From a virus: 64,000 bases of DNA. The stretch covers positions 64,001 through 128,000 of the IMG/VR virus record IMGVR_UViG_3300035670_000019; one strand, given 5' to 3'. Each line of letters opens with the position of its first letter. Position 1 is the first letter of the stretch. Below are positions 48,893 to 57,362 of this stretch, in pieces. The notes under the pieces were generated by a model. The model ran no database searches, was not told the DNA's origin, and worked only from the letters and a program-made list of their open reading frames with translations. The translations under genes and the position numbers were made by a program.

Positions 48893-49252
48893 ATGGCTAT
48901 TGAGATTAACCTAAATAATAGTGACGAGTTTCAAGATATGATTGATAGGAAAGATTTCACTATAGCTAAAGCGGTGGTGGAAACCATTCTAGCCAATCTA
49001 AACACTCGCAAAAAGCATCTCCATGTACTATCAGTTAATTGTTTAGAAGATGGGGCCACATATGATATTACTTTAGAAAAAAAGTATTTTGCTGAAACGT
49101 TACAAGAAAATTTAAAATACTATGTTGAGAAGGAACTTTATGAAGAATGTACTCAAATAGTAGAAGCTATAAACCAATTAAAAGAAAAACCAGATGGCAC
49201 TAAAGACCCAGACACACCAAATAGAAAATCTAAGAAAAAAGAGACCAAATAG
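48893..49252 (+). CDS. Hypothetical protein with UVR-like C-terminal helix
   Basis: YVEKELYEECTQIVEAI resembles the UvrB/C coiled-coil motif. Confidence 0.55.
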   Translation: MAIEINLNNSDEFQDMIDRKDFTIAKAVVETILANLNTRKKHLHVLSVNCLEDGATYDITLEKKYFAETLQENLKYYVEKELYEECTQIVEAINQLKEKPDGTKDPDTPNRKSKKKETK

Positions 49253-49328
49253 GCACTCAAAAAAGAAATCAAGCAAGATTAAAACAAGTAAAAATTATAA
49301 AAAACCTTATAAAGGTCAAGGTAGATAA
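49194..49328 (+). CDS. Small very basic peptide ending YKGQGR (not in ORF track)
   Basis: MALKTQTHQIENLRKKRPNRHSKKKSSKIKTSKNYKKPYKGQGR. Confidence 0.55.
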   Translation: MALKTQTHQIENLRKKRPNRHSKKKSSKIKTSKNYKKPYKGQGR

Positions 49329-49346
49329 TAAATTTAAAATAAAGTT

Positions 49347-49505
49347 ATGAGTAAAAATTCACCAATTCAAAATTATGAATGTGCTAAAGCATTCGCTCAG
49401 GTTATGGAATCAATTCGTAAAAAGAATCAACGCCAACAACAATCTAATCAACCTACACAAAAACTAGAAAAGTACCATCCTGCTTTAAAATACAATGGGC
49501 AGTAG
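49347..49505 (+). CDS. Small hypothetical protein (not in ORF track)
   Basis: AAAGTTATG start, 52 aa. Confidence 0.5.
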   Translation: MSKNSPIQNYECAKAFAQVMESIRKKNQRQQQSNQPTQKLEKYHPALKYNGQ

Positions 49506-49644
49506 TGTTCTAGCTTATTTTGATGAGATTCCTGATAAGTATTTAGTTTTAATGGCTGAGTATAATTGGGATAAGTTAGAAGAGTTGTGTATGCTTCTAA
49601 CATTAGATATTGAAATAGCCAATCAAGGGAGGTTAAGTAATTAA
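49495..49644 (+). CDS. Small hypothetical protein (not in ORF track)
   Basis: 49 aa MGSSVLAYFDEIPDKY..., fills the gap. Confidence 0.45.
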   Translation: MGSSVLAYFDEIPDKYLVLMAEYNWDKLEELCMLLTLDIEIANQGRLSN

Positions 49645-49653
49645 CCCTCTTGT

Positions 49654-49682
49654 TTGGCTTTCTAAATCTTTGATGTTATATT
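49654..49682 (+). promoter_or_regulatory. Class 1 promoter-like motif TTGGCT-N17-TATATT
   Basis: Recurring motif. Confidence 0.65.
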
Positions 49683-49688
49683 TAGGAC

Positions 49689-49991
49689 ATGAAAGATGAG
49701 ATATTTAAAGTTAAAAGTTTTTATCCACCAATGATAATCAACATTAGTGATAAAACATATATTTTACCTGTTTGGTTAAGAGTACCAAATGGGACTACTT
49801 TAAATCAAATTAAATGGGAAAAAGAAATACCTGCTCCTAAATCTCAACCAAACCTAATTGAAGTAGATTCTAGTTCAGGTGGAGGTAAGTATCAAATTCA
49901 AAAAGTAGGTGACACCTATAAATGTAATTGTCCTGGTTATTATAGGAGTAAAGATCGTATCTGTAAGCATATTAAACAAATAATAAATTAA
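49689..49991 (+). CDS. SWIM zinc finger protein
   Basis: CNCPG......CKHI. Confidence 0.7.
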   Translation: MKDEIFKVKSFYPPMIINISDKTYILPVWLRVPNGTTLNQIKWEKEIPAPKSQPNLIEVDSSSGGGKYQIQKVGDTYKCNCPGYYRSKDRICKHIKQIIN

Positions 49992-49995
49992 GGTT

Positions 49996-50229
49996 ATGAA
50001 AAAAGTAGGAAAAATCACTAACACATGGAAACGAGCACTCCAACAAATCCGCTCAAATCAACTCAATGAGGCTATTGAGACATTAGATGAATGTTTAATG
50101 ATTTTAGCTTTAGCAACTGAAGATAATACTGAAGATCTAGACGGTGTAAGTATTGATCTTTGGAAAACACGAGTATGGGTTAAATTAGAAGATTTAGACG
50201 CAGTACCAGCTTATGATCAGTATATCTAA
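49996..50229 (+). CDS. Hypothetical protein
   Basis: AGGTTATG start, 77 aa. Confidence 0.55.
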   Translation: MKKVGKITNTWKRALQQIRSNQLNEAIETLDECLMILALATEDNTEDLDGVSIDLWKTRVWVKLEDLDAVPAYDQYI

Positions 50230-50434
50230 GAAAAAACTAGTAAATGAAGACCCAGATAGAAAACCATACATTGTTTATAATGAACATCTACAAGTATGGG
50301 TGGGTCTGAAGAATGGAGGTAGAGTAGCTTTATTCTCAGATGAGTATGATGATGCAAAACCACTCCATTACGATCAACAGTTTAGAACCCTGCAGCGTGT
50401 AGCTGGATGTAAATTAGAAAAAGAATATATATGA
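50213..50434 (+). CDS. Hypothetical protein
   Basis: 73 aa ORF in operon. Confidence 0.55.
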   Translation: MISISKKKLVNEDPDRKPYIVYNEHLQVWVGLKNGGRVALFSDEYDDAKPLHYDQQFRTLQRVAGCKLEKEYI

Positions 50435-50769
50435 AATTACTAATAGGAATAGGGATGGGAATGTTAGCTCAATTGCTTACATTCATCCAACTTCAAGGCA
50501 GATGGAAATTTCCTTGGATGAAAGATCACCCCCATATAGTTGTATGGTTAGGCATCCCTATTTCTTATATGTTCATGTACTCAGTTCAATGTATGGTAGA
50601 ACATTTTGGAGGACAACTTTGGCCTTCTAGACTAATAGGTTTTGCTATTGGAACTATTATTTTTACATTTATGTCAGTAAGTTGGTTTAATGAACCTATA
50701 TCTATGAAAACAGGTATATGTTTATTATTAAGTATTTGTATTTTGTGTGTTCAATTATTTATGAAATAA
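50431..50769 (+). CDS. Small multi-pass membrane protein (SMR/EamA-like)
   Basis: Four hydrophobic segments, FNEPISMKTGI pattern. Confidence 0.55.
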   Translation: MKLLIGIGMGMLAQLLTFIQLQGRWKFPWMKDHPHIVVWLGIPISYMFMYSVQCMVEHFGGQLWPSRLIGFAIGTIIFTFMSVSWFNEPISMKTGICLLLSICILCVQLFMK

Positions 50770-50770
50770 T

Positions 50771-51070
50771 ATGGCTGAAAAGAAAGGTAATACAGTAAAA
50801 TTAATTTATGATTTTCCTACTCAATTAAGTACTGAGGTGTTTAGTGGTGGGGAATGGAGTCGAGCTACATGTCGATATTTTAGAAGTTTCAATGGCCCGA
50901 GACGTATTATGAAATTCAATAAACAAAATGAATCATACTATGAAGATTATAACGGCCCAGTCTTTTTATTTGAAACAAATATCAGGTTAAAAGACATGAA
51001 CAAAAAAGGATATGTTTATCCTCATGATACACCTCCTAAAGCTAAGCCAAGACCTTACGAATATTTATAA
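50771..51070 (+). CDS. Hypothetical protein
   Basis: 99 aa ORF. Confidence 0.55.
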   Translation: MAEKKGNTVKLIYDFPTQLSTEVFSGGEWSRATCRYFRSFNGPRRIMKFNKQNESYYEDYNGPVFLFETNIRLKDMNKKGYVYPHDTPPKAKPRPYEYL

Positions 51071-51077
51071 TTAACCA

Positions 51078-51302
51078 ATGAAAAACCTAACCATGAACCC
51101 AACATCAGTAACCATGGAGTATATCATTAAGTCCGCCATTTATGAAAATAAAATGGAATTGATAACCCCATCTAGAGAGTATAGTGATAAAGAGGTTGCT
51201 TATATCAAAGGTTATATACAAAGTTTAGAGGACATATTAGAAGAATTATCACTTTTGAACAAAGAGGATTTGACTTCTACTTATAAGATATGTTTAAATT
51301 AG
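51078..51302 (+). CDS. Hypothetical protein
   Basis: Class 2 motif at 51061. Confidence 0.5.
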   Translation: MKNLTMNPTSVTMEYIIKSAIYENKMELITPSREYSDKEVAYIKGYIQSLEDILEELSLLNKEDLTSTYKICLN

Positions 51303-51330
51303 TTATAGGTATCGTATTTATACGGTACCA

Positions 51331-51549
51331 ATGGCTGAAAAATTATTAACATATCATTTTCATAAGATAGTTAAAGTAATTAGCTCATGCAAGAGTGAGG
51401 AACAGTTACTGACTACTAAAAAAATGATAGTTAATTTTACTTGGTATTGGAAAAGTAAAGGATTAGATGTTAAAACACTAGACCATTACTTAAAATATTT
51501 TAGCATATTGTTTAACTATAAAAAAAGTTCCATCTTAAACTATGAGTAA
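51331..51549 (+). CDS. Hypothetical protein
   Basis: 72 aa ORF. Confidence 0.5.
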   Translation: MAEKLLTYHFHKIVKVISSCKSEEQLLTTKKMIVNFTWYWKSKGLDVKTLDHYLKYFSILFNYKKSSILNYE

Positions 51550-51715
51550 CGAAGAACGCATCGAGGACATTTGCTACCATGCTTATCATAGAGGAGACTA
51601 TGATCAATTAATAGAGTTGGTTATTGAAAGTGAAAAGAAAAATCCTCATAAACGAAGAATTGAACACTTTGAATATGCTAATTTTAAACTAAAAACTAGC
51701 TACATGCTAAAATAA
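51542..51715 (+). CDS. Small hypothetical protein (not in ORF track)
   Basis: 57 aa MSNEERIEDICYHAYHRG... Confidence 0.55.
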   Translation: MSNEERIEDICYHAYHRGDYDQLIELVIESEKKNPHKRRIEHFEYANFKLKTSYMLK

Positions 51716-51725
51716 ATTAAAGAAT

Positions 51726-51899
51726 ATGTGGTTTATATTTGCTTTATTATTTGTTCTTATAATTGGAGGTACATTCATGGATTTGATGTACAGACTTGAA
51801 AAAGCGCCAAAACCTGAATCCAAGTATGTTCGAATTATACATTGGTGTTTAGTAGCTCTTTTTTATATTACTATTATATATTGGATTAGAACTTGGTAA
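51726..51899 (+). CDS. Small two-TM membrane protein (not in ORF track)
   Basis: 57 aa MWFIFALLFVLIIGG... Confidence 0.5.
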   Translation: MWFIFALLFVLIIGGTFMDLMYRLEKAPKPESKYVRIIHWCLVALFYITIIYWIRTW

Positions 51900-51906
51900 A
51901 ACAAGT

Positions 51907-51935
51907 TTGGCTTTCCAAGGTCTTGATGTTATATT
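51907..51935 (+). promoter_or_regulatory. Class 1 promoter-like motif TTGGCT-N17-TATATT
   Basis: Recurring motif. Confidence 0.65.
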
Positions 51936-51954
51936 TATAGTATAATTAAAACAC

Positions 51955-52089
51955 ATGGAAAAGAATACCACATACAATGGATTATCAGAGCGACATGTAG
52001 CTCAGATTATCAGAAGAAAAATGATTCAAAAAGTTAAACCCTCAGGTAAAGCTTATAAAAGAGAGAAATTTAGGTTTATAGGTGAATGA
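51955..52089 (+). CDS. Small basic protein (not in ORF track)
   Basis: 44 aa MEKNTTYNGLSERHVAQIIRRKMIQKVKPSGKAYKR...; ATGA overlap with the next gene. Confidence 0.5.
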   Translation: MEKNTTYNGLSERHVAQIIRRKMIQKVKPSGKAYKREKFRFIGE

Positions 52090-52346
52090 AAAGGTTATAT
52101 TTTTATAATGATAATGTTTATGTTATACTAAGAGCTATCCCTGTTAGTAACTTCTATAAAAAAGAAGAATTAAATAGAGAGTTTCTTAATGGTTGGAAAG
52201 AGTATTTAGGGGCAGACCATGTACTGAAAACTGATACTCATTTTTTGTTTTGTGAGACAGTACCTGAACCTGAATGGAGTGAAGTTATAGATGAAATAAT
52301 AGTTACAGATGAAGAACAGTTACAACCCGAACAGCAAGATATTTAG
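52086..52346 (+). CDS. Hypothetical protein
   Basis: 86 aa ORF. Confidence 0.55.
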   Translation: MKRLYFYNDNVYVILRAIPVSNFYKKEELNREFLNGWKEYLGADHVLKTDTHFLFCETVPEPEWSEVIDEIIVTDEEQLQPEQQDI

Positions 52347-52851
52347 AACAATTGTTTTAAGTGGTGAAATAGATGAATCATCTGTTAAGGATGCTATTCA
52401 AACTATCTCATTTATAAATGAAATTGATAATGGTAAAGATGAAGTTGAACCCATAAAACTAATCATTAATAGTTTAGGTGGTAATATACTTGATGGTTTT
52501 GCTTTAATTGGTGTTATAGAAAATTCATTTGTTCCTGTCTACACATATGGTTATGGATCAATAATGTCAATGGCATTACCTATACTAGTGGCTGGTGATA
52601 GACGTTTTGGACACCATTTAGCCACATTCATGTACCATGAGTGTTTGGATAGTGTACCTTATGATAAAATGTCTATCATAAAAGAAAATATAGAAGAAAC
52701 AGATCGATTAATGGATATGTACGATGATTATCTCATCTCCAGAACATCACTGACTCAAAAGCAGTTAAATAAAGTTAAGAATAAAAAAACTGACTGGTAT
52801 TTTGGCTCTGATGAAGCTCTTAGTTATAATATAATAAATGAAGTAATATGA
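52309..52851 (+). CDS. clpP: ClpP-like protease subunit
   Basis: LIINSLGG, IMSMA (Ser), FMYHE (His), DWYFGSDEALSYNIINEV. Confidence 0.85.
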   Translation: MKNSYNPNSKIFRTIVLSGEIDESSVKDAIQTISFINEIDNGKDEVEPIKLIINSLGGNILDGFALIGVIENSFVPVYTYGYGSIMSMALPILVAGDRRFGHHLATFMYHECLDSVPYDKMSIIKENIEETDRLMDMYDDYLISRTSLTQKQLNKVKNKKTDWYFGSDEALSYNIINEVI

Positions 52852-53087
52852 AAGGAACACTTGAATTTGATTTAGATGATTTTGATGATCGTTTAGCCCA
52901 TGAACGTTGTGTTAAATCTCTTGATATGGCTCTAGTGTTATGGGAAGTAATGACTAACTCATATCGTAGTTTAACTAATGGATATGCTGAAGATGATGCC
53001 TACCATAAAGGTGTAGATGCTGTTTATGACCACCTAAAAGAACTATTATATGAACATAGTGTTGATGTTGATAAATTAATTCGATAA
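52848..53087 (+). CDS. Hypothetical protein
   Basis: MKGTLEFDL-type small phage ORF. Confidence 0.55.
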   Translation: MKGTLEFDLDDFDDRLAHERCVKSLDMALVLWEVMTNSYRSLTNGYAEDDAYHKGVDAVYDHLKELLYEHSVDVDKLIR

Positions 53088-53089
53088 AC

Positions 53090-53608
53090 ATGCTTAATAA
53101 TATTACCTACCCATTTAGAGACTTCTATCGCCGAGTAAAAAATGTACTACGATGGTTACCTACTATTTGGAAAGACAGAGACTGGGATGATAGTTACATA
53201 ACAGAAATCCTAATTAAGAAACTTGAGTTTACTAGAGACTTCTACCTATCAGGCAAAGCATATAGTGCTGAAGCAGAGAAAGTTGCTAGTGAGATAAAAG
53301 AAGCAATTGATCGTCTTCATATGACTCGAGACAGTTGGGAATTTTATGAAGACTTAGCTATGGAACAGTTAGAGCAAAAATGGGGTAAAACAGCTTTTAG
53401 TTTTGAACCTTATAAGCATGATGAAAATGGCAATGTACTTTCATATGAAATGAAATCAAAGACTGAAAATGTTATAGACGCTGAAGATGAAGAGCAATAT
53501 CGTAAAGAGTTTAGAGAAACACTTGATGCTGCTCGCAAACAGTATATGAAAGATAAAATAAAAGCATATAAATTTATAGCTAAAAATATAGATAAATGGT
53601 GGGACTAA
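53090..53608 (+). CDS. Hypothetical protein
   Basis: WLPTIWKDRDWD...WWD pattern. Confidence 0.6.
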   Translation: MLNNITYPFRDFYRRVKNVLRWLPTIWKDRDWDDSYITEILIKKLEFTRDFYLSGKAYSAEAEKVASEIKEAIDRLHMTRDSWEFYEDLAMEQLEQKWGKTAFSFEPYKHDENGNVLSYEMKSKTENVIDAEDEEQYRKEFRETLDAARKQYMKDKIKAYKFIAKNIDKWWD

Positions 53609-53970
53609 AAAAGAAATTAACACTATGGTGGGAGAAGAAAACCAAATTCAATCCATATGGTGTTTGGCCTATAGGTGCTTGCCCTGTACAAGCAGAAGGT
53701 TATACTAAAGATGGTAAGTGGTACTATTTTCGATCTAGAGGGGGTCATGCTCGACTTGTAATATGTGAGTCAGAAGATGATTATAGTAACTGGCCTGACA
53801 CTAAGTACTTATTCAAAAGAGAATTAGAATATGGAGATGGAATATCCCAGGCAGGATGGATGCATCATGATGATGCTGTACGTTTAGCCACAGTGTGGTT
53901 AAATGAATATTATGAAGTAATGCAAGAACTTAAATTAAACAAAAAGTGGTTAAAAAAACTACGTTCTTAA
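53596..53970 (+). CDS. Hypothetical protein
   Basis: ACPVQAEG...YFRSRG pattern. Confidence 0.55.
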   Translation: MVGLKKKLTLWWEKKTKFNPYGVWPIGACPVQAEGYTKDGKWYYFRSRGGHARLVICESEDDYSNWPDTKYLFKRELEYGDGISQAGWMHHDDAVRLATVWLNEYYEVMQELKLNKKWLKKLRS

Positions 53971-54491
53971 TATTATTATTATTATGCTTTATAACTGGGT
54001 ATGGTCAAACTAGACGCCCTAAAAGCACCAAAAAACCTACTATCCAAGATGTAATTGAAGAGAAAAAAACACCTGAGGATATATTAAAAGAAATATATAA
54101 AGCTAGGCTTGACTCAGCATCTCAATTATCTTATTCTTGTATTCAAATGTTGGTTGAGACTAAAATTGAACTTGATAGTGTTAGGAAACATAACCAAACA
54201 TTGTATGTTATAATTGATAGACAATTAGATACACTTGAATCAGCTCGTAATAAAGAAAGACGAGCAATAAAAGTAATGCTAAAAGAACATTATAAAAAAA
54301 GATCATGGGTTAAAGCATTTATTGGTCAAACTGTTTTTGTAATTGGAGGAGTTGGAGCATTTATAACAGGCGCTTGGGTTCCTATAGGAATGGGAGTATT
54401 AGCAGTTGAAATATTTTTAGTATTAGAAAGTAGATATAGTGAAGTTAAATTAGAAGATAATAAACAAGAAGTCAAACGATATAAAATGTAA
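53946..54491 (+). CDS. Exported coiled-coil protein with C-terminal TM segment
   Basis: Signal peptide ending GYG-Q, coiled coil, hydrophobic C-terminal hairpin. Confidence 0.55.
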   Translation: MVKKTTFLILLLLCFITGYGQTRRPKSTKKPTIQDVIEEKKTPEDILKEIYKARLDSASQLSYSCIQMLVETKIELDSVRKHNQTLYVIIDRQLDTLESARNKERRAIKVMLKEHYKKRSWVKAFIGQTVFVIGGVGAFITGAWVPIGMGVLAVEIFLVLESRYSEVKLEDNKQEVKRYKM

Positions 54492-54494
54492 ATT

Positions 54495-54665
54495 ATGTTA
54501 AATACAATTATTAGTATAGCTATTATAGCTTTTGGATTAAATTATTATTTTAAGTATCAAAACCTTAAAAAACAAATGACTACACCTCCAACCACACCAA
54601 CAGGTGATGAACCAAATGATGTTTCACAACCAACAAGTGTACCTGAGAAACAAATTGGAGACTAA
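54495..54665 (+). CDS. Small membrane-anchored protein (not in ORF track)
   Basis: 56 aa with N-terminal TM and Pro/Thr-rich tail. Confidence 0.5.
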   Translation: MLNTIISIAIIAFGLNYYFKYQNLKKQMTTPPTTPTGDEPNDVSQPTSVPEKQIGD

Positions 54666-54680
54666 AGTAAATAATAAGTT

Positions 54681-54962
54681 ATGAATAAAGAAATTGAAAT
54701 AACATCAGTACCCGAAGTGGTTGCTGACACAAGACGAGTTTGTGAGATACGATTTGATTGTATGGTAACAATGCATGATGTTGCTTATAGAACATATAAG
54801 GGAATGTGGGGGCAGGAAAAACAATCAAAAACACCTCAATGGTTTAAAGCCAATCATGTTCTAACATTAGAAACAGTTAAACATGCTGACCCATACAATT
54901 TGGGAATGAGAATTAAAGAAATGTTTCATCAACTAGAAAAAACAATAGAAAGTTATGACTGA
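54681..54962 (+). CDS. Hypothetical protein
   Basis: AAGTTATG start. Confidence 0.55.
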   Translation: MNKEIEITSVPEVVADTRRVCEIRFDCMVTMHDVAYRTYKGMWGQEKQSKTPQWFKANHVLTLETVKHADPYNLGMRIKEMFHQLEKTIESYD

Positions 54963-55149
54963 AGAAAAAACATTAGTTGCAGACCCTGATGAAATTTTTA
55001 CAATAGACAAGTATTATTCCACAAAATATCCAGGTTATTATCAACTAGGTGGAAGTGGAGGATTACAAATTTATCTTGCTAAAAAACCAAAATGGCTTCA
55101 TAGAAAAATGATGAAGATATGCTTGGGAGTGGAGTGGATTAACAATTAA
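54955..55149 (+). CDS. Hypothetical protein
   Basis: 64 aa ORF. Confidence 0.5.
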   Translation: MTEEKTLVADPDEIFTIDKYYSTKYPGYYQLGGSGGLQIYLAKKPKWLHRKMMKICLGVEWINN

Positions 55150-55162
55150 AAAACAACAAATT

Positions 55163-56170
55163 ATGATATCAGATGATTTCCAAATTGGACCTAACGGTGC
55201 TTATGAGCATGTAGGTAATCAATTAGACATACAATACCAAGACCTACTAGAATATATTCTAGACAATGGTGTTGAGAAAAAAGATAGAACAGGTACTGGT
55301 ACCTTATCAGTATTTGGACATCAGATTAGACACAACATGCAAGATGGGTTTCCATTGCTTACAACAAAGAAGATGGCTTGGAAACAAATTGTGACTGAGT
55401 TGTTATGGTTTCTAAGAGGTGATACCAATATCAAATTCTTACATGACAATGGATGTCATATATGGGATGGTGATTATGCTAAGTCAGGCAGGACAGATGG
55501 TGAACTAGGTCCAATCTATGGAAAGCAATGGAGAAATTGGCATACAGGTTGGGATGTAGTTACTGATAACAGTAAAGAGGCAGGTGTAAGAAGGGTTGAG
55601 TACGGAATAGACCAAATCGCAAACCTAATCTCTGAACTCAAAACAACCCCAGACTCAAGACGATTAATGGTTAATGCTTGGAATGTAGGTGAATTAGATC
55701 AAATGGTACTTCCACCTTGTCATTATGGATTTCAAGTTTATACAAGAGAGTTAAGTTGGGAAGAGCAAGTTCAATGGGTAATGAAGAATACTAATATTGA
55801 ATTAGAAAATCTCTATATTGTAGAAGAAATTGCTAAACCATCTACTCCTAAACGAGCAATCTCTTTAATGTGGAATCAACGTTCAGTAGATACATTCTTA
55901 GGTTTACCATTCAACATTGCTTCTTACGGGTTGTTATTAGAAATTATTGCTAAAGAGGTTAATATGATGCCTGATGAATTGATTGGCAACTTAGGTGATG
56001 TTCATTTATACTCAAATCATATTGAACAGGCAAAAGAACAGATTAGTAGAACACCTTATGATTTGCCTAAATTAATAATAGAACATAGTAGTTTAGAACC
56101 AGTTGAATTAGTTTATAAATTAGAAAACTATCAATCACACCCAACAATTAAAGCGCCTTTATCAAATTAA
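55163..56170 (+). CDS. thyA: Thymidylate synthase
   Basis: DRTGTGT, FPLLTTKK, ELLWFL, LGPIYGKQWR, DSRR, LPPCH, QRSVD..LGLPFN, HLYSNH. Confidence 0.95.
   Translation: MISDDFQIGPNGAYEHVGNQLDIQYQDLLEYILDNGVEKKDRTGTGTLSVFGHQIRHNMQDGFPLLTTKKMAWKQIVTELLWFLRGDTNIKFLHDNGCHIWDGDYAKSGRTDGELGPIYGKQWRNWHTGWDVVTDNSKEAGVRRVEYGIDQIANLISELKTTPDSRRLMVNAWNVGELDQMVLPPCHYGFQVYTRELSWEEQVQWVMKNTNIELENLYIVEEIAKPSTPKRAISLMWNQRSVDTFLGLPFNIASYGLLLEIIAKEVNMMPDELIGNLGDVHLYSNHIEQAKEQISRTPYDLPKLIIEHSSLEPVELVYKLENYQSHPTIKAPLSN
56130..56170 (+). repeat. Direct repeat copy 1 (thyA 3' end)
   Basis: ATCAATCACACCCAACAATTAAAGCGCCTTTATCAAATTAA. Confidence 0.9.
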
Positions 56171-56184
56171 GAAATTATATTAAT

Positions 56185-56400
56185 ATGAAACAGCTAGAAA
56201 AGTTAGTAGCACAAGGATATGAGGATTTAACAATATCAAAACAAAACCTCATTAAACTTATTGATGAATATGGACATAATATACCATTACTTATTAATGA
56301 TAGGAAAATATGGATTCACTTTACAGAATCTGATAAAATATTAATGGAATGTGATATAAGTGATGGAAGTGGTGTAGAATTAAATATTGAAGAAATATGA
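56185..56400 (+). CDS. Hypothetical protein
   Basis: Inside the repeat-bounded insert. Confidence 0.55.
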   Translation: MKQLEKLVAQGYEDLTISKQNLIKLIDEYGHNIPLLINDRKIWIHFTESDKILMECDISDGSGVELNIEEI

Positions 56401-56678
56401 AATACAAAAAATTAACTAAAGAACAATTAGAAGAATATGAGAATAAAAAACTCACTTCAAAAGATATAATAGAAATGGAACAACGAGGTTTTAAAGTACC
56501 TTTAGCAGTAAAGTTACATAATTTAGAAAAAGGAGATAAAATAGAGTTTACTGAAGACATAATAAAAGATATGCTAAAATTTGCTATTGAAAGAGAGTAT
56601 TATGAAAAAGCAGCATTATTGAAAACACACTTAGACAATCAATCACACCCAACAATTAAAGCACCTTTAAGTAATTAA
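56397..56678 (+). CDS. UVR-motif protein ending in the ThyA C-terminal peptide QSHPTIKAPLSN
   Basis: AIEREYYEKAALLK UVR-like motif; last 12 aa identical to ThyA. Confidence 0.6.
   Translation: MKYKKLTKEQLEEYENKKLTSKDIIEMEQRGFKVPLAVKLHNLEKGDKIEFTEDIIKDMLKFAIEREYYEKAALLKTHLDNQSHPTIKAPLSN
56638..56678 (+). repeat. Direct repeat copy 2 (thyA 3' end)
   Basis: ATCAATCACACCCAACAATTAAAGCACCTTTAAGTAATTAA; 37 of 41 positions match copy 1. Confidence 0.9.
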
Positions 56679-56681
56679 GTT

Positions 56682-56978
56682 ATGACATACGAAACATTTT
56701 TAAAAATAACACTTGAGTTACAAAAACAAGAGCGTATTGTAGACAACTTGTATGAAAACAAAATTGACCTACTTGAATTTATAGATCCGTATCACGGTCT
56801 AATCCATTTACTGATGAAAGAAATCTATGGTGAGGAAGGTGTTGATTGGTTCTCTTGGTTCTGTTATGAGAATGATTATGGTCAAGGGACATTAGAGGCA
56901 TGGGATGAGAATAAGAACCCAATCTGTTATAGTTTTGAATCGCTTTGGGAGTATTTAGAGAAACTTAGAAATAAATGA
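56682..56978 (+). CDS. Hypothetical protein
   Basis: DWFSWFCYENDYG...LWEYL pattern. Confidence 0.6.
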   Translation: MTYETFLKITLELQKQERIVDNLYENKIDLLEFIDPYHGLIHLLMKEIYGEEGVDWFSWFCYENDYGQGTLEAWDENKNPICYSFESLWEYLEKLRNK

Positions 56979-57017
56979 TTATCATAGGTGTTATATTTAT
57001 AACCAAACATATACACC

Positions 57018-57257
57018 ATGAAAAAGACAACCATTGTTTTGTTATTTCTTATTTTAATAACTAGTTGTCGACCATACACTTATGTCACATATAATAGAAA
57101 AGGACAAGGTGATGTAAAACTTAAAAAAAGCCTAATATACGATGACCCAGATGAAGGAAACCCATTGGTTAATCCAAGGTTTAGATCTGAAGGCCGACCT
57201 TTGAAACAAAAAAAATGGAGAATAAGGAAAGCTAAAGAAAAGTATAGAGGGATTTAA
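57018..57257 (+). CDS. Small putative lipoprotein
   Basis: MKKTTIVLLFLILITSC lipobox; class 2 motif at 56993. Confidence 0.6.
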   Translation: MKKTTIVLLFLILITSCRPYTYVTYNRKGQGDVKLKKSLIYDDPDEGNPLVNPRFRSEGRPLKQKKWRIRKAKEKYRGI

Positions 57258-57362
57258 TCTATAAAAAATTGTAATCTATCTCATTTGTGATTATGAACAT
57301 TATGCTGTTCATGATGAGGATAGAGGCTTGAATATTTATTACCACAATAAAATAACAAAATA

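Noticed and set aside
55163-56170. ThyA homolog as a dCMP/dUMP hydroxymethylase feeding the glycosyltransferases
   Set aside because: It keeps canonical ThyA motifs, including the dUMP-specifying Asn in LGLPFN, so ordinary thymidylate synthase is the simpler call.
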